A DNA stretch of 64,000 nt from an uncultured virus (IMG/VR IMGVR_UViG_3300017761_005195) (lineage: Duplodnaviria; Heunggongvirae; Uroviricota; Caudoviricetes), in the IMG/VR virus record IMGVR_UViG_3300017761_005195. One strand, given 5' to 3'. The notes below the pieces were generated by a model, which had not been told where the DNA came from, did not search any database, and saw nothing but the letters and a program-made list of their open reading frames with translations. Position numbers and translations under genes: made by a program. Below, in pieces: positions 59,605 through 64,000 of the stretch (position 1 is its first letter; each line of letters begins with the position of its first letter).

Positions 59605-59631
59605 TTATATAATTTTTTTAGTTTTTACTAC

Positions 59632-59668
59632 TTATAACAACAAATATAAGAAATAAATCTTACTTTGT
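59632..59668 (+). repeat. truncated attC-like site V
   Basis: Left arm of the J/T family only. Confidence 0.7.
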
Positions 59669-59778
59669 TTAAGTTCTGTAATCATATTATTTATTTTTCT
59701 AAAACCGCCACTTTTATAAAAAGTCTTTAGTAAAGGTAAGGAAATATTCTATCAATTCCAAATTTATTTTCCTGTATA

Positions 59779-59913
59779 TTATTCATATATATCAAAGGCA
59801 TCAATACCAACCATAGGGTCAAAATCTTCTTTAATATTTTCACTACTTCTAACATCAGATATATTCAATTCTGAGTTCTCGTTAAATCTTTTTATATGTT
59901 TTAAATCTTTCAT
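59779..59913 (-). CDS. short or remnant ORF with MKDLKHIKRFNE..LNISDV leader
   Basis: 44 aa; contains attC-like left arm at 59847. Confidence 0.45.
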   Translation of the reverse strand: MKDLKHIKRFNENSELNISDVRSSENIKEDFDPMVGIDAFDIYE

Positions 59914-60007
59914 CTCCTTTATTACATTTTATGTATATATTAAAAGAAAACCCAACAAATGTTTATCCGAAATAGATTTTAATATATAATGAAAATTGAA
60001 AAACTTT

Positions 60008-60649
60008 ATGAAGTATTTACAAAAATTTGAAAATTTTGATTCTACAAACGAGGAAATAAATCTCAAAAAGGCTTTAATTGGAGGGGCTATGGCCGGTGCT
60101 ATTGGATATGGAGTTTATCAAACCTCTCAGATAAATAAATTTGCTAAATTAGAAGATACTGAAGTTATATCAGGAATGAAGTTTAATCAATATGATGTTT
60201 ATGTAAATGATAAAACATTTAACTTAAATATATCAGAAGATGGTATTATTTCAGCAGAATGGTCTGAAGAGGATGAAAAAAATACTAACACATATAATTG
60301 TATAACTATACCAAATAAAACTCAAAAAATATGGATATCTTCAAATATGGATATGGATAATGGAATTTTTGTAAGTGGGAAACCAATTCCAGGTAGTGAA
60401 AGTATTTCTATTTCTGATTTAGATATTTATGACCAATCAGAAACTTATATAATTTATGAATCTCCTATGTTTTCTTCTGTTAATTATATTATTATGAATA
60501 AAGAACATAAACAAGGAGAAGATTTTGAGATTGAAAATAAAATGGGAAAATATATTTGTGATGAGTTAGATTCAAAAATATATATTTTCACCTTTAAAAG
60601 CTTCGGTGATGGGTCAATGGGTGGTGCTGGATCGGAAAGTGATTATTAA
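60008..60649 (+). CDS. hypothetical protein with MKYLQKFENF leader and hydrophobic segment
   Basis: NEEINLKKALIGGAMAGAIG; TAATATATA upstream. Confidence 0.7.
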   Translation: MKYLQKFENFDSTNEEINLKKALIGGAMAGAIGYGVYQTSQINKFAKLEDTEVISGMKFNQYDVYVNDKTFNLNISEDGIISAEWSEEDEKNTNTYNCITIPNKTQKIWISSNMDMDNGIFVSGKPIPGSESISISDLDIYDQSETYIIYESPMFSSVNYIIMNKEHKQGEDFEIENKMGKYICDELDSKIYIFTFKSFGDGSMGGAGSESDY

Positions 60650-60650
60650 A

Positions 60651-60676
60651 ATATAACAAATGATAAACAACATTAG
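60651..60676 (+). repeat. attC-like half site (short family)
   Basis: ATATAACAAATGATAAACAACATTA with no right arm. Confidence 0.7.
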
Positions 60677-60697
60677 GAAAATAATTATCTTTGTAAA

Positions 60698-60964
60698 ATG
60701 GAATATGAGAAGAATAAAATACAGGAATTAGAGGGGGAGATTTTTGAGATGGAATCTATTCTTAGGGACAATAGAGATAAGGAAAGAATTTATCAAGAGA
60801 TATTATCTGATATCAATAGTTCCATTATTAATTTATTTAAGAGAGAAGAAGAGAATATAAGATTTAATTTTGGGGAAGAGATTGATTATCGTCAGTGCAT
60901 GATTGGAATTAAAGAATATTTGGATAATATTAAATCTGTGTATAAGGGAAAGATTAATTTTTAA
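60698..60964 (+). CDS. hypothetical protein
   Basis: 88 aa; TATCTTTG 4 nt before ATG. Confidence 0.65.
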   Translation: MEYEKNKIQELEGEIFEMESILRDNRDKERIYQEILSDINSSIINLFKREEENIRFNFGEEIDYRQCMIGIKEYLDNIKSVYKGKINF

Positions 60965-60998
60965 TGGAGTTTGTGTAAACCACCGACCACCCGAAAAT

Positions 60999-61391
60999 CT
61001 ATATTACACTTAATAATTTTAATAATCCATCAAACTGATCACATAAGTAATATTTTTGATCAACACTGTGGTAAGAAGGTTCTCTACCAGAAACTGAGAC
61101 TTTCAAATCTATATTAATAGTAATAACTTTAAACCATTCATCTTCCATAGAACTTATTTCAATTTTAATACCCATTCTAGTTCTAGGTATTGATTCTTTA
61201 TGGAAAACAATAGTTTTTGATTCTGAGGCTGAAGTATACCAATCTAGGAAACCTTTTTTTTCCATAATTTCAATTATTTTATTTAGTTCAGTATCATTCC
61301 AAATGGAAATAACCCCAAATTTAATACATTGGTCACGATCAACTTCTTTATATTCACCACCAAATGATTCAAATAACTTCAAATGTTTCAT
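60999..61391 (-). CDS. hypothetical protein, DQ.DGLLKLL family
   Basis: MKHLKLFESF leader; DEWF...Y.CDQFDGLLKLL. Confidence 0.7.
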   Translation of the reverse strand: MKHLKLFESFGGEYKEVDRDQCIKFGVISIWNDTELNKIIEIMEKKGFLDWYTSASESKTIVFHKESIPRTRMGIKIEISSMEDEWFKVITINIDLKVSVSGREPSYHSVDQKYYLCDQFDGLLKLLSVI

Positions 61392-61765
61392 AGTTTATCA
61401 TTTAATAATTTTAATAATCCATCTATTTGATCTGCTTTATAAAAAGTAGATGAAGATATTGGAAAACGATTTGCTAGTCTATCAACATTAAACCCAAATA
61501 AAAAATATTCATCTTTTATTTTATAAATAAGTGATAACCCAACCCCACTTACATTTGTATTAAGCGTAAGTTCATATACCTCATTATCTAAATCTATCAC
61601 CTTAGGCGCTTTTAACTTTGTATTAGTCTCATCACATATAGATTTTATGATTTCTATTTCTCTATTAGTAAATGGTAATATATCATCTTGAGATTCCAAA
61701 AAATAATCTTCTGGAATTTCTTCATAATAATCTTTCGATTCATTAAATTTTTTCAAATGTTTCAC
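61388..61765 (-). CDS. paralogous hypothetical protein, DQ.DGLLKLL family
   Basis: GTG start KHLKKFNES; DEYF...YKADQIDGLLKLL. Confidence 0.65.
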   Translation of the reverse strand: MKHLKKFNESKDYYEEIPEDYFLESQDDILPFTNREIEIIKSICDETNTKLKAPKVIDLDNEVYELTLNTNVSGVGLSLIYKIKDEYFLFGFNVDRLANRFPISSSTFYKADQIDGLLKLLNDKL

Positions 61766-61947
61766 CTTTGTATTATAGTTTGATTTATATATAAATTTAA
61801 CAAAAACCAATTATTTAATCCTACCCAGGTTGATTTATTTTATCTGATTGATACAAAGTATAACCTAAACTAATTCATTTGACTGGCGACCCCTTTCTGA
61901 AAGAAATAGTCACTCTTTGACTCCCTCGGTAGAGGGTAGAGGTGATT

Positions 61948-61963
61948 TGTAGATATGTGTTAG
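61948..61963 (+). other. candidate attI-like site
   Basis: TGTAGATATGTGTTAG before solo cassette body 61963-62120. Confidence 0.55.
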
Positions 61964-61976
61964 TTAGAAGTAATGA

Positions 61977-62306
61977 TTAGACACCATCAGTTGGGTCTAT
62001 ACCCAAAAATATACAAATTCTGTATGATGTATCTGACCAAATACCTAAACCTCTATCAACATCGTTCATAAATTGTTGCAATTCACCCTTTGTGAGTGTA
62101 ATAGTATCACTACTTCTAACATCAGATATATTCAAGTTTCCCAATACCTCACTTTTTGTGGGTTTCATAACTTCACCACCACCCATTTCTGGCTTTAGAT
62201 TGTCAATCATATAAGGTCTTAATTTTCTACCTGTTGGAACTTCTGGTACTTGTCCAGAACCTTCCGCTGATTGGAATGTAGCTTCAAATGTCTTTAGGTG
62301 TTTCAT
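61977..62306 (-). CDS. chimeric ORF: MKHLKTFE leader fused through NLNISDV core to a cassette body
   Basis: 109 aa; GTTAGAAGTAATGAT / ATCACTACTTCTAAC ends. Confidence 0.65.
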   Translation of the reverse strand: MKHLKTFEATFQSAEGSGQVPEVPTGRKLRPYMIDNLKPEMGGGEVMKPTKSEVLGNLNISDVRSSDTITLTKGELQQFMNDVDRGLGIWSDTSYRICIFLGIDPTDGV

Positions 62307-62825
62307 TCTTTATAGTTTAATTTTAATTATATATTAAAACAGAAAAACCCAATTATTTATTTTAATATATAATTATAGTTATTTAGTTAGAAAAGTAGCA
62401 TCAGCACAAATAAGTCCACTGGCATAGATAAGTCTGAGTAATGTGAAAAGTAAAATAGAATAACTTGGGAGGCAATGGGATAAATGGTTTAAGGGCGACA
62501 TCGGATTGTGTTATCTGAGTATTGTCTTTAAAACCAAAATAAAAGGTTCTGGGAGGTTTTAATAGTTAAGTGATAGTGAGTGTGGTTTTAATGATTTGAG
62601 TTGAATGTGAGTTGATTGTGGAAGTCTGGTAAGGTTTTATGAAGATGGGTTGAAAATTATTGGTTAATTATAAATGTGAAACGCCTGTTTAGGGTTTCTT
62701 TGATTTGGCACTGGGAGGTTTATAAATGAAAAAAATGGTATAAAAGTCATAACAGGAAAAGTATGCTCTATCCAATTCTCTTTAAAAAAAGAGATTAAAG
62801 TTGGAATGATTTTTTATTGCCTAAA

Positions 62826-63179
62826 TTAATTTAGTATATCTTCAATAATATCATCTCTAAGCAAATGTGCTTTTGATTTTACCAAATGATCGATTGGTGT
62901 TTGGTAGAAGTCATTTTTATAGGATTTAAGTGATTTAATAATCTTATATTCAAGTTCTTCTGAATTTTCTATTAGTTTACCAAGGGCTCCGCGATTCCAA
63001 CACCTTCCATGGAAAAATCCTTGCTGGTGGCGCATATCATCATCCATTGGATAACCATAATATAATCTACCTTTAGTTGTGGAACCTAATCTACCATCAA
63101 AGCAGAAAATTCCTTCATTGGTGGTTATTTTTATAGTTCCACCATCTCTATACATATCAAATCCTTTAATTTCAATCAT
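62826..63179 (-). CDS. hypothetical protein
   Basis: 117 aa; RDGGT motif; C-terminal RDDIIEDIL. Confidence 0.65.
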   Translation of the reverse strand: MIEIKGFDMYRDGGTIKITTNEGIFCFDGRLGSTTKGRLYYGYPMDDDMRHQQGFFHGRCWNRGALGKLIENSEELEYKIIKSLKSYKNDFYQTPIDHLVKSKAHLLRDDIIEDILN

Positions 63180-63185
63180 TTTATT

Positions 63186-63344
63186 TTATCTTGTTTCAAT
63201 CCAATTAACAAATTTACTATAGGTTCCTCTTCCATATTTAGTTTTAATATCTCTGTATGCCAGGTCCAAAGCAATTCTATCATCGTGACCAAATTCAATG
63301 TGTTGGTCTTTCATTTTATCTAAGTAATCTAATATCTCGTTCAT
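63186..63344 (-). CDS. small hypothetical protein
   Basis: 52 aa ORF in a tight operon. Confidence 0.5.
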   Translation of the reverse strand: MNEILDYLDKMKDQHIEFGHDDRIALDLAYRDIKTKYGRGTYSKFVNWIETR

Positions 63345-63347
63345 AAA

Positions 63348-63506
63348 TTAAATAAGTCCTTTTTCTTTTAACATATTTACAATTCTTTTTGCTGCATCAT
63401 CAATAGAATTTGGATCTACATCCACATCATCTGAATAGGGTACATTTCTTGTATACACCTCATCACTAATTATATCTGCTATCATATACATTAAATCATT
63501 TTCCAT
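63348..63506 (-). CDS. small hypothetical protein
   Basis: 52 aa; TACCTTTG 4 nt before ATG. Confidence 0.55.
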   Translation of the reverse strand: MENDLMYMIADIISDEVYTRNVPYSDDVDVDPNSIDDAAKRIVNMLKEKGLI

Positions 63507-63583
63507 AAGACAAAGGTAGTCATTTGGTTTGAGAGTTCCAAATTTATTAAAGATAAGGTTATTGTTGAAAACCTAATAAAAAG

Positions 63584-63669
63584 ACCACTGGTGGGATTTG
63601 AACCCCAAAGACCTTGCGTATCGGTCACCCTCCTGTTCGTCCGTTCCAAACGTAACTTACATCAGTGGT
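63584..63669 (-). ncRNA. degenerate tRNA-like element
   Basis: ACCACTG/CAGTGGT closing stem and GGG-TTCAAAT-CCC T-arm; D and anticodon arms non-canonical. Confidence 0.4.
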
Positions 63670-63725
63670 TTTTAATCAATAGGGGGATTACGAATCCCTA
63701 GAACAGGTACTCCTATTGAAGTTTG

Positions 63726-63828
63726 TAGTCAGGACAGGATTCGAACCTGCGGTCATCAGGGTATAGGTACTAGGTTACCACCCCTCAGACTCTTCCTAGT
63801 TAGCGTTAGCCCACTCCGCCACCTGACT
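63726..63828 (-). ncRNA. tRNA-like element with expanded anticodon region
   Basis: AGTCAGG/CCTGACT acceptor, TGGCGGAGTGGGCTAACGC D-arm, GCAGG-TTCGAAT-CCTGT T-arm; ACTAGG/CCTAGT stem with about 20-nt loop. Confidence 0.6.
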
Positions 63829-64000
63829 ATACCTTTTACTTTTTAATCAAGTCTGCAATCAATCTACTTTTTTCAATCATTGAAAGCTTACCATCATCTA
63901 GTAATTTTAAAGTTTGATAAACTTTAAACTCATCCTCTGAAAAGTTTTCAGATCCTGTTTCTTTCATCCAATCAATTTTTGATTGAACAGTGTCTAGGTT

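Noticed and set aside
1..64000. Integrase or reverse transcriptase (integron IntI, DGR, retron) in the window
   Set aside because: No ORF shows tyrosine-recombinase R-H-R-Y motifs or RT YxDD motifs that I can recognise; the direct repeats do not show adenine-specific variation.
1..64000. Alternative genetic code (stop-codon reassignment)
   Set aside because: Conserved genes are full length under the standard code, and TAA, TAG and TGA all end genes at sensible positions.

Overview
AT-rich, gene-dense segment of a large (jumbo-type) dsDNA phage genome with T4-like core genes: gp32 SSB, topoisomerase II subunits, RNase H, RNA ligase 1, a 57B/Acb1-like 2H phosphoesterase and collagen-like tail fibres. 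It also carries host-like genes (dnaK, nusG, slyD-type PPIase, iscA, uvsE, dCMP deaminase, acyl-CoA thioesterase). Recurrent TAnnTTTG promoter boxes point to a Bacteroidota host. The main discovery is an integron-like cassette array at about 50.8-57.8 kb: 20 consecutive short cassettes separated by 20 imperfect palindromes (TAAC...GTTA, attC-like, in several sequence families), plus decayed and solo copies at 49.0, 59.0-60.7 and 62.0 kb. No integrase is visible in the window. It differs from classical integrons in several ways. All cassette genes are antisense to the attC-like top strand. Each cassette body has its own extended terminal inverted repeat with a conserved A/C mismatch at position 11. 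Several genes start inside the palindrome loop, which can supply a late-type promoter and a candidate capsid-targeting leader. One cassette holds a tRNA-like element, and a 16-nt candidate attI-like motif precedes the array and two solo cassettes. Other signals are a shared N-terminal MKxLKxF(N/E) motif, a shared RxxKIxxLL motif, apparently leaderless early genes, a restriction-modification plus GHKL ATPase island, a possible replication origin inside a degenerate LAGLIDADG-like gene, and aberrant tRNA-like elements. All calls come from reading the sequence by eye; no database searches were run.
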